64,000 nt of DNA from a bacterium (GCA_030646955.1 JAUSKM010000028.1:1065-65064); one strand, 5' to 3'; positions 36,764 through 46,877 are shown, numbered from the stretch's first letter. Notes: a model not told the origin generated them from the letters alone. A program made the numbers and translations.

Positions 36764-36794
36764 GCAGCAGATATCCTGCTGCGATTTTCTCTTT
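36764..36794 (+). terminator. Intrinsic terminator GCAGCAG-atatc-CTGCTGC plus GATTTTCTCTTT
   Basis: A 7-bp GC stem is followed by a T-rich tract. It lies downstream of the sigma-like gene. Confidence 0.55.
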
Positions 36795-36839
36795 GTTGAG
36801 TGTATTTTTAGGCATTATGCACGCGAGGTCATGGGGGGC

Positions 36840-36867
36840 TTGACAATTCCTGTGGGTATGGTACTAT
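36840..36867 (+). promoter_or_regulatory. Putative promoter TTGACA-N16-TACTAT with extended -10 TGG, upstream of the RRM protein gene
   Basis: The -35 box is exact. The following 5' UTR is about 150 nt and contains hairpin GTTTGAC…GTCAAAC. Confidence 0.4.
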
Positions 36868-37021
36868 AGATATTCGGTACAGGTGGCACGAACGCGTGCT
36901 GATGTCCGGGCAGTAGGATATCGTGAAGCTTCTCAGTAGTGGGTGTGAAGAGTGGTCCGTCAGTTTGACGTGGCCCAGAAGTCAAACGTTAGGTCGGCCT
37001 ACTCATTAACACATCCATACT

Positions 37022-37288
37022 ATGACCAAACTCTACATTGGAAACCTTCCGTACTCCACGGGGGATAACGAGCTTCGCGCTGCTTTCGAGCAGGCAGGTT
37101 CGTCCCTCACGGCTGCGGAGGTCGTCATGGATCGCGACACGGGTCGCTCCCGCGGGTTCGGCTTCGTCTCTTTTGATGACGATGCTGACGCCCAGGCCGC
37201 TGTCTCCATGTGGGACGGCAAGGAGCTCGACGGTCGCGCTCTCAAGGTGAACGTCGCGCGCCCGCGCGAGGAACGCTCGTCCTTCTAA
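37022..37288 (+). CDS. RNA-binding protein with a single RRM (RNP-1/RNP-2) domain
   Basis: RNP-2 is KLYIGNL and RNP-1 is RGFGFVSF. The product is 88 aa. Confidence 0.85.
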   Translation: MTKLYIGNLPYSTGDNELRAAFEQAGSSLTAAEVVMDRDTGRSRGFGFVSFDDDADAQAAVSMWDGKELDGRALKVNVARPREERSSF

Positions 37289-37392
37289 GGACGGTCGAAC
37301 ACCACCACGGTATACACCCCGCTCATAACGAGCGGGGTGTCGTGGTATGTACGGAGCTGGAACAGTGCGAGCGCACCAGAATTCATACCCGA

Positions 37393-37956
37393 TCACGCGG
37401 ATGCGGTTTTTCGGGTCACGGTCTCGTGCTGTCTTCCCACTCGCATGGTGCTTGGCGGTGGTTCCTGCTGAAAATATCGCGCGACCACGCGTGTATGCAT
37501 GGGGAACGCAAGTGACGCAACGTGATTGATGACAGTGCGCTCGAGCGTTTCTGCGGTGGCAGCAAATGGCGGTAGCGTATCGGCACTCACGCGCGGCATG
37601 AGGGCGAACAGGATAACTTTCAAACCGTCTGGCGTGCTCACCGCGTCAAAGAGCGTAACGCGCTCGGGCACAACAATCATGCCGGTTTCTTCCGCAAGTT
37701 CGCGCACGGCGCCTTGCTGCCAGGTTTCGCCCCAATCGAGATACCCACCGGGCAGCGCGAGCTTGCCGCGTTCGGGCTCGATGCCGCGCCTGATGACCAG
37801 CACGCCGTCATCGATGGGCTGGATGATCACCACCACGGGAATCGGATTACGGTACGCGGTGTGCCCGCAGGCAACGCAGGTGCGCGGCCAGGTATCGGTT
37901 TCGTATTTCACGCCGCAGTTCGTGCAGTGCATTGTTCCTCCGATCAGTAGTCCCAC
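37393..37956 (-). CDS. NUDIX hydrolase with N-terminal zinc ribbon (NudC-like architecture)
   Basis: The Nudix box is GGYLDWGETWQQGAVRELAEETG. The N-terminus carries CTNCG…CVACGH. Confidence 0.75.
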   Translation of the reverse strand: MGLLIGGTMHCTNCGVKYETDTWPRTCVACGHTAYRNPIPVVVIIQPIDDGVLVIRRGIEPERGKLALPGGYLDWGETWQQGAVRELAEETGMIVVPERVTLFDAVSTPDGLKVILFALMPRVSADTLPPFAATAETLERTVINHVASLAFPMHTRVVARYFQQEPPPSTMRVGRQHETVTRKTASA

Positions 37957-38279
37957 TCAAGTTCAAGTCCTTCGATTTCGAGTGCTTTCTCTACCGCCTT
38001 ACCGTCCACATTGGTGATGCGGACATTTTGGACCCGGATGCCGCGTTTGGTTTCGCTGAGAAAGCGCTCCACGATGACATGTTCGCCGTCATGGAGGATT
38101 TCATATTTGTCCCACGGAAGCTCGACCCGTGCGTTGGTGCCTTCCTCGTACGTTGCATCCTCCGTTCCGGTGTGGAATCCGCCAGCGAAGATTTTTGGCT
38201 TGCACACCACGAGGATGCATCCGGACGGCACGGCAATCGTGGCGATATGGGTAGGATCGTCATGGCGTTGCATGGTCAC
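37944..38279 (-). CDS. hypothetical protein (111 aa)
   Basis: It overlaps the NUDIX start and has an ATGA overlap with the upstream zinc-ribbon gene. Confidence 0.5.
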   Translation of the reverse strand: MTMQRHDDPTHIATIAVPSGCILVVCKPKIFAGGFHTGTEDATYEEGTNARVELPWDKYEILHDGEHVIVERFLSETKRGIRVQNVRITNVDGKAVEKALEIEGLELEWDY

Positions 38280-38473
38280 CTTCTCCGCAGTCGCGCTTCC
38301 TTGGCGCGAATGCGTATGGTGCGGCCATCTCGTCCTTGTTGTCGTAGTTCTTCGTCGAGATGCTGTTCATGCTCCGCATCCGTCTCGTAGACGTTGTGTC
38401 CGCATGCCAGGCAGATTTCCGTGAACTGCTGGATGGGGCCTTTGTGCTTACCATTGGGGCATCGTGGGCGCAT
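38276..38473 (-). CDS. small zinc-ribbon protein (65 aa; CPNG…CLACGH)
   Basis: Its Cys motif is related to the NUDIX N-terminal ribbon. Confidence 0.5.
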   Translation of the reverse strand: MRPRCPNGKHKGPIQQFTEICLACGHNVYETDAEHEQHLDEELRQQGRDGRTIRIRAKEARLRRR

Positions 38474-38500
38474 TGGCGTTCTCCGTGATTTGTTTGGTGT

Positions 38501-38722
38501 CTACCGGCGGTAGTTGAGCCCATGCCAAAACCAGTGATCGCTGTCGTCATGTTCCCATCCAGAAGAGCCGCCGTAAGGACCTTTGGAACCAGGTGGATGC
38601 ATGATGCGGGCACTTTTATCTTGAGTGAGGTTGTGTCCGCACGCCGCACAGTGCTCCGAGTCTCCTCCGTTGCATGTGTCGAGAAGTCCTTCATGGCCAC
38701 AATTCGGACATCGTCCAAACAT
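38501..38722 (-). CDS. small zinc-ribbon protein (73 aa; CPNCGH…CAACGH)
   Basis: It is a paralogue of 38276..38473 and the first gene of the minus-strand operon. Confidence 0.5.
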   Translation of the reverse strand: MFGRCPNCGHEGLLDTCNGGDSEHCAACGHNLTQDKSARIMHPPGSKGPYGGSSGWEHDDSDHWFWHGLNYRR

Positions 38723-38883
38723 GATTTTTCTCCTGCTGTCGGTTGTGAAGGTACTATTGCCACGATACAGCGCCCGTGGCGATAGAGGGGATTGAATTGA
38801 AGAAAATTGATACGATTTTCCTGCACGCTACCAATTTTCAATTAAATATGGTTCTATTGATATATAAAAATGTGTAACGTTTT

Positions 38884-39615
38884 ATGACACAAATAGAGCC
38901 AGCAGTACTTGAACAGGCAGGACTCTCTCGGGAAGAGGGGGCGGTGTATCTTGCGCTTCTTGTCGGGGATGCGACGGTTGCGGAGATTGCGCGGCGTGCG
39001 AAGTTGCACCGTCCGCAGGTGTACCAGCTCCTCGGTACGCTTGCGGAGCGCGGATTGGTGACCCCGCTCACGAAAGGGAAGCGCACACACTATGCGGCGA
39101 GTGCGCCGGCGAGGCTCCACGAGCTATTCGTTGAGCGTGCGCAGGCATTTGAGCGCGCAGTCACCGCTCTGGAGCAGCAGCACGCGGCGAGTGGTGTCGC
39201 GCCGTCAGTGCGGGTGCTAACGGGCGCAAAAGGGCTCCGTTCCGTGCTGGAAGACCTCACTGCCAAGCTGCCGAACGGCGGCATCTTCTATCGGTACAGT
39301 TCTCGTTCACCGCGGCTTGATGCAGAGCGATTTGTTCCTAAGGAGTATCGTGCAAAGCGGACAGCGGCGAAGATTGAGCAGTTTGTTATCACGAATGCTG
39401 CGCTTCGCACCGCGCCGCATCAGCGTCGTATCGAATGCTATTCTAAGATGGTACCCAAGGGCGATGATCCATTTGAGTACAATGTTGCGCTCCTCGTGTA
39501 TGGGAACACGGTCGCCACGGTGGACTATGAAGGCGAAATCGCGCTCATCATAGAAAATGAACGTATCGCCCGTTTCCATGAGCGCATTTTTCGCCTCCTG
39601 TTTGAGCGTTTGTAG
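38884..39615 (+). CDS. TrmB-family transcriptional regulator
   Basis: The N-terminal winged HTH is LSREEGAVYLALLVGDATVAEIARRAKLHRPQVYQLLGTLAERGLV. An AT-rich promoter region lies upstream. Confidence 0.7.
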   Translation: MTQIEPAVLEQAGLSREEGAVYLALLVGDATVAEIARRAKLHRPQVYQLLGTLAERGLVTPLTKGKRTHYAASAPARLHELFVERAQAFERAVTALEQQHAASGVAPSVRVLTGAKGLRSVLEDLTAKLPNGGIFYRYSSRSPRLDAERFVPKEYRAKRTAAKIEQFVITNAALRTAPHQRRIECYSKMVPKGDDPFEYNVALLVYGNTVATVDYEGEIALIIENERIARFHERIFRLLFERL

Positions 39616-39671
39616 CGCACGAATGCAACAACAAACACCCTCCGTGTGGAGGGCGTTTGTGATGATGCTAT

Positions 39672-40775
39672 TTACGCCATTGCCTCTGCGGGCTCGAACT
39701 CCTCGGCGTTTTCCGTGCCAGTACCGGTATCGGTGCCGGAGCGGACTTTTGGCTTGTCGGGGTCGCCCTTCGCGGCGACAGCGTCCGTGAGGGCGATGCG
39801 GATTGCGCGGGTGATTGGGGGGTTTGCCATGAGGAACATGCGTGCCTGCTCGCGGCCCATGCCCAGCTTCTCCTCGCCGAACGCGTAGGAGTTGCCGCGC
39901 TTGATGACCACGTTCTCTTCCACGCCGCGATCCAGGAGATCGCCGGTGATGGACATGCCCTCGTTGTACATGATGTCGAAGGTGCACGCGCGGAACGGCG
40001 GCGCGACTTTGTTTTTGACGATTTTCACCTTCACCTGGTTTCCGATGGTGCGGTCACCCTGTTTGATCTGCGCGGATCGGCGCACTTCGACGCGAATGGA
40101 TGCGTAGAATTTTAGTGCGGTGCCGCCGGTGGTGGTTTCCGGGTTGCCGAACACCACGCCAATCTTCATGCGCGTCTGGTTGATGAAGATGACGCATGTT
40201 CCCGTTTTGGACACGAGGCCTGCGAGCTTGCGGAGCGCTTGGGACATGAGCCGCGCCTGGAGACCCATGTGGTGATCGCCCATCTCGCCCTCGATCTCCG
40301 CTTTTGGTACGAGTGCGGCAACAGAGTCGATGACGATGACGTCAATGCCAGCAGAGCGGACGAGCGTCTCTACGATATCCAGTGCTTGCTCGCCGGTGTC
40401 CGGCTGGCTGATGAGGAGCTCCTGGATGTTCACGCCGATTTTTGCTGCGTACTCCGGATCCAGCGCGTGCTCCGCATCCACGAACGCCACGATGCCGCCC
40501 ATGCGTTGCGCCTCTGCCACGACATGGAGTGAGAGCGTCGTTTTGCCAGAGGACTCCGGGCCAAACACCTCCACGATGCGCCCCCGGGGGAATCCGCCAA
40601 CGCCCAGCGCTTCGTCCAACGAGAAGCAGCCCGTGGGGATTGTCTCGATTTCCATCTTCTTGGCCTCGCCCAACTTCATGATCGCTCCGTCACCGAAACG
40701 TTCCTTGATTTGCGATATCGCTGCGAGCGCCGCCATCGAGCGCTCATTCACGGGTGTGGAGGTTGCTTTTGCCAT
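39672..40775 (-). CDS. recA: recombinase RecA
   Basis: Walker A is GPESSGKTT. The L1/L2 loops are present, followed by a C-terminal extension. The product is 367 aa. Confidence 0.95.
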   Translation of the reverse strand: MAKATSTPVNERSMAALAAISQIKERFGDGAIMKLGEAKKMEIETIPTGCFSLDEALGVGGFPRGRIVEVFGPESSGKTTLSLHVVAEAQRMGGIVAFVDAEHALDPEYAAKIGVNIQELLISQPDTGEQALDIVETLVRSAGIDVIVIDSVAALVPKAEIEGEMGDHHMGLQARLMSQALRKLAGLVSKTGTCVIFINQTRMKIGVVFGNPETTTGGTALKFYASIRVEVRRSAQIKQGDRTIGNQVKVKIVKNKVAPPFRACTFDIMYNEGMSITGDLLDRGVEENVVIKRGNSYAFGEEKLGMGREQARMFLMANPPITRAIRIALTDAVAAKGDPDKPKVRSGTDTGTGTENAEEFEPAEAMA

Positions 40776-40914
40776 AGATACTCACATGACACGAAAAAAG
40801 TACTCTCACTGTACCACGCGAGGACGCGCATGCTAGCCCGTACGGGTTAGCGCTTGATGTGGGTTCAGCAGTGTGCGGGTGTTCATGATCGACATGCAAT
40901 CAATGAGGAGAACA

Positions 40915-40960
40915 ATGTTAGAAATAAACCACCCCCGGACATGGTGCCCGGGGGTGGTTT
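40915..40960 (-). terminator. Bidirectional intrinsic terminator AAACCACCCCCGG…CCGGGGGTGGTTT
   Basis: A 13-bp GC stem sits between recA and the upstream minus-strand gene. Confidence 0.55.
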
Positions 40961-40972
40961 GGCGGTGCATGG

Positions 40973-41362
40973 CTACTGAAGCGCAAGCGGGGCGTTGTTG
41001 TGTTGGACGTGGATGATGCGTTCGATGCGGGCGGTGCCGCTGTGTTGGCGGCGCGCTTCAATGGTGATGGTGTTGACGCCCGGGAGGAGAACGACATCGG
41101 TTTCAAACGCGCCGTGCGTGTCCGGTGCCAGTGTGGAGCCGTTGATGAGCACGGTGGCGCCTGGTTCTGTCTGCCCCACGATGGTCACGATGCGGCTTGA
41201 AGTTGCCAGCTCATCGGCGGGCGTGACGATGGTGAGTGTTGGGGGCGTTCGCATCTCCAGAATACGGTAGCCCAGGAGCCCCAGGATGAGCGCGACGACG
41301 ATGATTGCCGTGGCGCGTCGGAATACCGTGGGCGTGTCGTAGAGCGGGAGGGGACGCTGCAT
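40973..41362 (-). CDS. membrane-anchored hypothetical protein (129 aa)
   Basis: An N-terminal TM helix is followed by a beta-rich domain. It lies directly downstream of ftsK. Confidence 0.5.
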   Translation of the reverse strand: MQRPLPLYDTPTVFRRATAIIVVALILGLLGYRILEMRTPPTLTIVTPADELATSSRIVTIVGQTEPGATVLINGSTLAPDTHGAFETDVVLLPGVNTITIEARRQHSGTARIERIIHVQHNNAPLALQ

Positions 41363-41365
41363 ACG

Positions 41366-43855
41366 TTATCGTTGCCGTGCATCTGCTTCTTCTTCATTCT
41401 CATCTTCCCATGCCGTATCGTCCTCATCAACTCCGTCCTCATCCGCGCCATCCACATCCTCTTCCTGCGTATCTTCCGCAGCATCTTCATCTTCTTCATG
41501 GGCATCCTCTTCTTCCTCCGCGTCCTCCTCATTTGCACTGCCCCTCACGTCGCCCGATGGGCTTTGCGGGGCAAACGCGGCCACCCGTTCCGATCCCCCA
41601 CGTCGCCCATCGGGCTCTGCGGGGCGGGTGTGGGTATCCGCTTGTTCCCCAAACACCTCTCGCGGTTTTGCACCATCAGCGGGGCCGATGAATCCTTGTT
41701 CCTCCAAGATATCCAGGATGCGGGCGGCGCGTGCATAGCCCACCTTGAGCCGGCGTTGGAGCAGTGATGCCGATGCTTTGCCGGCTTGCAGAATCACGTC
41801 CTTCGCGTCGGCTAGCAAATCATCCTCCGCCTCGTCCCCGCCGCCGTTCTTGAACGCGACGATCGGTTTCTCGGTCACCTCATCATCGTACTCCGCGTTG
41901 CCGCCCCGCTCTTGGAGACACTCGACGATGCGCTGGATTTCCTGATCGGAGACAAAGCAGCCCTGGAGACGCTTGGGTTTGGAGAGCTCCGCAGACGTGA
42001 AGAGCATGTCGCCACGGCCGAGGAGCCGTTCTGCACCCACGCCATCCAAGATTGTTCGCGAGTCTATGGAGGATGCCACGGCGAACGCGATGCGTGCGGT
42101 GATGTTCGCCTTGATGAGGCCAGTAATCACGTCCACGCTGGGGCGCTGCGTTGCCACGATGAGATGGATGCCCACCGCGCGCGCCATCTGCGCAAGCCGG
42201 ATGATCGCCGCCTCCACGTCGTTTGCGGCAACGGCCATGAGATCCGCCAGCTCATCAATGATGATGACGAGGTACGGGAGACGATCCTCCTCGCGGCACG
42301 CTTTGTTGTACGAGGCGAGATCGCGCTTGCGCTTGCTCGCCAGCAGCTCAAACCGGCGATCCATTTCCGCCAGCGCCCACTTGAGCGCGTGGACGGTCTT
42401 CTTCACGTCCGTGATGACCGGCGTCAGGAGGTGCGGGATGCCGTTGTAGATGGGGAACTCTACGCGCTTGGGGTCCACCAGGATGAAGCGGAGGTCATCC
42501 GGGCCGTTGCGGTAGAGAAGGGAGACGATAATCGCGTTGAGCATGACGGACTTTCCGCTGCCGGTGGCGCCAGCAACCAGGAGGTGCGGCATGCGCGCGA
42601 TGTCCGTGGCCCATGCGTGGCCGGCAACGTCCTTGCCCAGCGCGATGGGGAGCGCCAGCGATGGCTTGGTGAATTCGTCGGACTGGAGGATCTCGCGGAG
42701 CCGTACAATCGCCGCCTTCTGGTTTGGCACTTCGATACCCACCAGCGATTTGCCGGGGACCGGCGCCTCGATGCGGATGGGGTGCGCGGCCAGCGCCAGC
42801 GCGAGGTCATTCGCCAGTGCGGTGATGCGCGAGAGCTTCACGCCGTCCGCCGGGCGCAGCGTGAACTGCGTCACCGTGGGGCCCACGCGCACGTCGCCCA
42901 TCTCCACGTCAATGCGGAAATTCTTGAGCGTCTTCTGGATGATGGCCTGGGCCGCTTTGATGTCGCCGCTGGTTGGTTTGCCAACTTCACCAGAGAGCAG
43001 GTCCAGCGGGAGTTCCACGCGTGGCCGGCGGACGCGCTTGCGTGCGCGCACCGCGTTGGCGATGGCATCGTGCTTGCTCGAGGATGCGGCATCCTCGTCC
43101 TGTGCATCGGCATTTGCCTCCTCTGCTCCTTCCTCGTCCGTCTCGCCGTCATTATTTGATGTTGCTTCTGCTTCTTTTTCCGCAAGCTCGCGCTCCGCGA
43201 ACTCGGCATTGGCTGTATCATCGGCACTACTCTGCGACCGCTCTCGCGCGGTGCGCGCTGCACCGGTGATGGTGCGCCACGCGCGTCGAACGTGCTCGAG
43301 AGAAAGATGGAAGCCCAAGAAGACGCCGATGATGACGATGGCGGTGAGGAGGACGGCGGTGGCGATGGGGCCAAAGAGCTCCGCGAGCGGGGAGGAGAGC
43401 ACCAGGCCCAGGTACCCGCCGGAGACGGGGCCGCCCTTCAGGTGGAGGAGGCCGGTGAGCGCGACACCCAGGAGAAGGAATCCCAAAAGTTGGAGCGCCC
43501 CGAAGCGCGGGCGTGATGCTTCCTCGCGCACCAGCATGGCCGCCACAATAAGGAGCACGAGCGGCACGAGGAACGCGGCGGAACCAAACAGCGCGCGCAG
43601 CCCGCCCGCAATCGCCGCACCCGCATTCCCCGCGATACCGGCAAACGCGAGCGCGCCGATGATGCCAGCCGTAAAGAGTGCCACCACGACAATGCCGTGG
43701 AGGGTTTCCGGTGAGAGCGTTGGGATAGGATCGCGCTCCACCTCTTCATCTTGTTGTCCCCGCCGCGCACCCGTTCGTTTTCTCGTCGGTTTCTTCCGCG
43801 CCATACCAATGTGCATGGTGTCATTGCGAGTATTCGAAGCAATCTCGCGTCTCAA
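41366..43855 (-). CDS. ftsK: DNA translocase FtsK/SpoIIIE with a highly acidic C-terminal tail
   Basis: The product has 4 N-terminal TM helices, an ATPase domain (VATQRPSVDVITG), a gamma winged-helix, then about 70 aa of D/E-rich tail. Confidence 0.9.
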   Translation of the reverse strand: MRREIASNTRNDTMHIGMARKKPTRKRTGARRGQQDEEVERDPIPTLSPETLHGIVVVALFTAGIIGALAFAGIAGNAGAAIAGGLRALFGSAAFLVPLVLLIVAAMLVREEASRPRFGALQLLGFLLLGVALTGLLHLKGGPVSGGYLGLVLSSPLAELFGPIATAVLLTAIVIIGVFLGFHLSLEHVRRAWRTITGAARTARERSQSSADDTANAEFAERELAEKEAEATSNNDGETDEEGAEEANADAQDEDAASSSKHDAIANAVRARKRVRRPRVELPLDLLSGEVGKPTSGDIKAAQAIIQKTLKNFRIDVEMGDVRVGPTVTQFTLRPADGVKLSRITALANDLALALAAHPIRIEAPVPGKSLVGIEVPNQKAAIVRLREILQSDEFTKPSLALPIALGKDVAGHAWATDIARMPHLLVAGATGSGKSVMLNAIIVSLLYRNGPDDLRFILVDPKRVEFPIYNGIPHLLTPVITDVKKTVHALKWALAEMDRRFELLASKRKRDLASYNKACREEDRLPYLVIIIDELADLMAVAANDVEAAIIRLAQMARAVGIHLIVATQRPSVDVITGLIKANITARIAFAVASSIDSRTILDGVGAERLLGRGDMLFTSAELSKPKRLQGCFVSDQEIQRIVECLQERGGNAEYDDEVTEKPIVAFKNGGGDEAEDDLLADAKDVILQAGKASASLLQRRLKVGYARAARILDILEEQGFIGPADGAKPREVFGEQADTHTRPAEPDGRRGGSERVAAFAPQSPSGDVRGSANEEDAEEEEDAHEEDEDAAEDTQEEDVDGADEDGVDEDDTAWEDENEEEADARQR

Positions 43856-44015
43856 ATCATTGTACCAATTTTGTGCTCAACGCTCCACGGGTATCCGATG
43901 GTGTTCAAAATACTGCGTCATTGCGAGCCCGCGTCTGTGCGGGCGTGGCAATCTCGTCACTTGATCGTGCGGGATTGCCACGTCGTTCGCGGACGCACTT
44001 CTCGCAATGACGCGC
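43815..44015. repeat. Cluster of three GTCATTGCGAG…CTCGCAATGAC hairpin repeats
   Basis: Copies lie at about 43819-43850, 43915-43955 and 43990-44012, followed by hairpin ACAGCCCCCGACC…GGTCGGGGGCTGT. Confidence 0.6.
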
Positions 44016-44076
44016 AGAAAATACAAGAGTACAGCCCCCGACCGTGTGGTCGGGGGCTGTTGCAATTCGTTTGCTG

Positions 44077-44559
44077 CTACTTCTTGGGCGGGATCCCCAG
44101 CAGCTCCATGGCGCGGGCGCGCCAGGCGCCGGGTTGGGGCCGCTCCTTGTCCCTGTAGTGGGAGGCGGTCCCCACGAACTCCCGGTGGAGCCAGAGGGCG
44201 TTATGGAGCAGCTTGCCGCCGCCCATGCCACCGGAGACGGTATTGCCGTGAGTCGCGTCGTCGACGCGTGCCGAACAGCCCTTGCCTTCGTTCGTCGGCC
44301 AGGCGTACCGATCGAGCTCCTTGTGGAGCTGTCCCGCGTTGAGCGGCAGGACGGCGACCAGGTAGTCGCTCTCGCCGGTGTAGGCGTAGAGCGCGTGCGT
44401 GGGTTCCGCGGCGTCGAACCTGCGGTCGCACTCCTCGGGCGTGATGAGCTCCACGCCGGGGATGAGGGACAGGGGACAGGTCAGGTAAACCTGGCCGCCA
44501 TCATCGCCCTCGAGAACGAGCCAGAGATCGCGCAGCCGCACTGCGGGGGTTGCATCCAT
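44077..44559 (-). CDS. hypothetical protein (160 aa), family Y, with C-terminal motif WRARAMELLGI shared with 46356..46862
   Basis: GGAAGGAG RBS is present. The C-terminal similarity to 46356..46862 is visible at the nucleotide level. Confidence 0.5.
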   Translation of the reverse strand: MDATPAVRLRDLWLVLEGDDGGQVYLTCPLSLIPGVELITPEECDRRFDAAEPTHALYAYTGESDYLVAVLPLNAGQLHKELDRYAWPTNEGKGCSARVDDATHGNTVSGGMGGGKLLHNALWLHREFVGTASHYRDKERPQPGAWRARAMELLGIPPKK

Positions 44560-44655
44560 CGGGTTCTCCTTCCGGGGTTGATTCCCCACCGCTCACACCA
44601 AGCGGGCTTGGTGGGAATGGTGGGGCCGCGTCCCGGAAGGGGACGCGGCATTGGG

Positions 44656-45084
44656 CTACTTGCCCAGGAGAAGGCGGAGATCCGCCGGCATCTCGTCGAG
44701 CGATCCGTACTGGGCGAGGTGTATCGTGACAGTGCCGCCGACATTCGGATCGCGCCACATCGACCATCCGCCATCCATGTGCTCCAAGAGCACAAGGGCT
44801 CCGAATTCCGGGTAGAACTCGAAGCTATTGATGTGGCTACAACGGTGATCCGGCATCGGCTCGGTGCCATTCCACGATTCTGGCACGATTGGTTGCTGCG
44901 GCAGGAACTGCAGCTCCCTGATCGCGCTTTCGATTTCCGGAATGCAGTCGCGGTACCTCTCATCGCGCTCTGTGCCATCAAACTCGACGGCACAGAAATT
45001 CGCCGCATCGACGCCTGTCTTGAGTGCTGCGATGCGTCTCGCACGGTCGGCGACCAACTGTGGCCATTTGGTTCTAGCGTCCAT
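44656..45084 (-). CDS. hypothetical protein (142 aa)
   Basis: GGAAGAAGGAA lies upstream of the ATG. Confidence 0.5.
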   Translation of the reverse strand: MDARTKWPQLVADRARRIAALKTGVDAANFCAVEFDGTERDERYRDCIPEIESAIRELQFLPQQPIVPESWNGTEPMPDHRCSHINSFEFYPEFGALVLLEHMDGGWSMWRDPNVGGTVTIHLAQYGSLDEMPADLRLLLGK

Positions 45085-45098
45085 CACGTTCCTTCTTC

Positions 45099-45623
45099 CT
45101 ACGCCGCGAGGGCGATGAGGGTTGCAGGGTGCTCGGCGGGCTGCTCGCAGCACATCGTGTAGACCGCGATGCGATCGCCGATGGAGAGCGCGTTGAACGC
45201 GCGGAACAGCGTCCAGTCCATGACTGCGCACCGTGCATCCATGAGCCAGTGCATTGCGAACGCCAGAACCAGCGTGTCCCAGCAGCGATCGCCCTCCAGA
45301 GCGTCGTGGAACTCGGTGACTGCGTGCACGGCGTTGGAGCGGAAGCGTTCCGCGTTGGAAAGCTGCCGCACGACGCGCCAGAGATGGTCCATCATCTCCG
45401 CGGGTCCCTCGAAGATGAATCCGAGCATGCACATGTCGGTCTTGATGCTGACCGTGAGGCACGTCGTCGTGCGCGCTTCGATCGTCGCGCCGAACTGGCG
45501 GAATTCCTCCGAACCGATCAGGAGCGCGAGCGCATCCCGCAGGGTCACGGGTTCTTTCCGTGCAAGCACCTCGCACGGCCGTCTGCCGATGCGCAGCCCT
45601 TGGGTCATTGTCACCACGATCAT
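45099..45623 (-). CDS. hypothetical protein (174 aa), family X, paralogue of 46878..47405
   Basis: GAGGAGG RBS is present. MLGFIFEGPAEMMDHL resembles MLCAFFGLGVEDVETL in the paralogue. Confidence 0.5.
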   Translation of the reverse strand: MIVVTMTQGLRIGRRPCEVLARKEPVTLRDALALLIGSEEFRQFGATIEARTTTCLTVSIKTDMCMLGFIFEGPAEMMDHLWRVVRQLSNAERFRSNAVHAVTEFHDALEGDRCWDTLVLAFAMHWLMDARCAVMDWTLFRAFNALSIGDRIAVYTMCCEQPAEHPATLIALAA

Positions 45624-45771
45624 CGTATCAATCTCCTCCTCACCAGCGGGCGGCCGGTGATGTTGGGGTGTTGCCTTGAAAGAACTGCGCCCGCCGTAGG
45701 TACCGAGTATACAACTCCGTAGCTATGGTGGGGCCCCGTTGGATGCTTGCGCTATCCAACGGGGCTCGTGG

Positions 45772-46002
45772 TTACTGCTGCGGGAGGACCTGGCAGTCCT
45801 CGGCGTCGCTGGCGGTCGCGTCGCCGTTGCTGCGGCAGCCATCCTGCCGCCGCTCGTCGCGGTTCTCCTCGGTGCGGAGGTCGCCGAAGGCCGCATTGAA
45901 GCGGTTGTGGGGCGAGGGGGCGAGCTGCGGCTGCTGCACCGCGGGAGCGGCGCAGGCGGAGAGGGCGGCGAGGGCGATGGCGAGGCAAAGGGCGCGGGTC
46001 AT
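45772..46002 (-). CDS. small secreted lipoprotein (76 aa, lipobox LSAC, 3 Cys in mature part)
   Basis: AGGAGG lies 6 nt upstream. NRFNAAFGDL resembles the motif in peptide 47527..47688. Confidence 0.45.
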   Translation of the reverse strand: MTRALCLAIALAALSACAAPAVQQPQLAPSPHNRFNAAFGDLRTEENRDERRQDGCRSNGDATASDAEDCQVLPQQ

Positions 46003-46355
46003 GGGAACCTCCTGGTTTGGGTTCATCGGGCTTGGCGATTAAGCCATGCTCGAGTGCCGGGTGCGGGCGCATCGTGCGCCCATCCCCGCCGCTTCCATCA
46101 AAGCACGTTTGATGAGAGTGGTGGGGCCCCGTGCGTGCACGGGGCTATGGGTGGTAGCGCGCTGCCTTTGTCGTCACTATTCTGCGTGACGGGCAGCTCA
46201 TGGGTATCACCTTCCTTTCGTGTTGTGCATGACCACGATTCACAAATAGGTTCGCGGTCATGCTTCCCACCGCTCACGCCAAGTTTCGTTTAGCGGGAAT
46301 GGTGGGCCCACGTGAGATGGTTTGTGCCATCTCACGTGGGATGTTGATGCGGGCG

Positions 46356-46862
46356 TCAGCCGGTCTGGTCGTCGCGGATTCCCAGGAGCTCGAAGGCGCG
46401 GGTGCGCCAATGGAGCGGCGTGGGCAACTTGGGGTTGAGCCACAGCCCGCGGCGCAGCTCGTCGTGCTCGCGGCACAGGGCGCCGTGGGCGGTGACCAGC
46501 TCCGCCTCCACGGTGAGGTCGCGTCGCTGGCGGGCCGTGTTTTGGTACGCGCCAAAGTCGAGCTCGTACAGCAGCACGACCAGGGCGAGGGGACGCGTCT
46601 CGTCCCACGGCAGGTCCAGCGCGCCGTCCGCGATCTGCGTGGGCACGGCGCACTTGCGCAGCACACACAGCGGGACTGAGAGCACCGCCGTCCCGTCGCG
46701 GTGACGGATGACGACCCACGTGTCCTGCTCCAACTGCAAATGCAGCAGCCGGGCGAGGTTCACGTCGTGCGCCGGACGCTCGCTTCTCCGCTCCGCGCGG
46801 GCGGAGAGCTCCGGCGCCTCGATGCGCGCCGCGCGTGCTCGTTCGAAGTGCATCACTTCCAT
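46356..46862 (-). CDS. hypothetical protein (168 aa), family Y paralogue
   Basis: GGAAGGAGAAG RBS is present. The C-terminus LWLNPKLPTPLHWRTRAFELLGI resembles gene 44077..44559. Confidence 0.45.
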   Translation of the reverse strand: MEVMHFERARAARIEAPELSARAERRSERPAHDVNLARLLHLQLEQDTWVVIRHRDGTAVLSVPLCVLRKCAVPTQIADGALDLPWDETRPLALVVLLYELDFGAYQNTARQRRDLTVEAELVTAHGALCREHDELRRGLWLNPKLPTPLHWRTRAFELLGIRDDQTG

Positions 46863-46877
46863 CGGCTCTTCTCCTTC

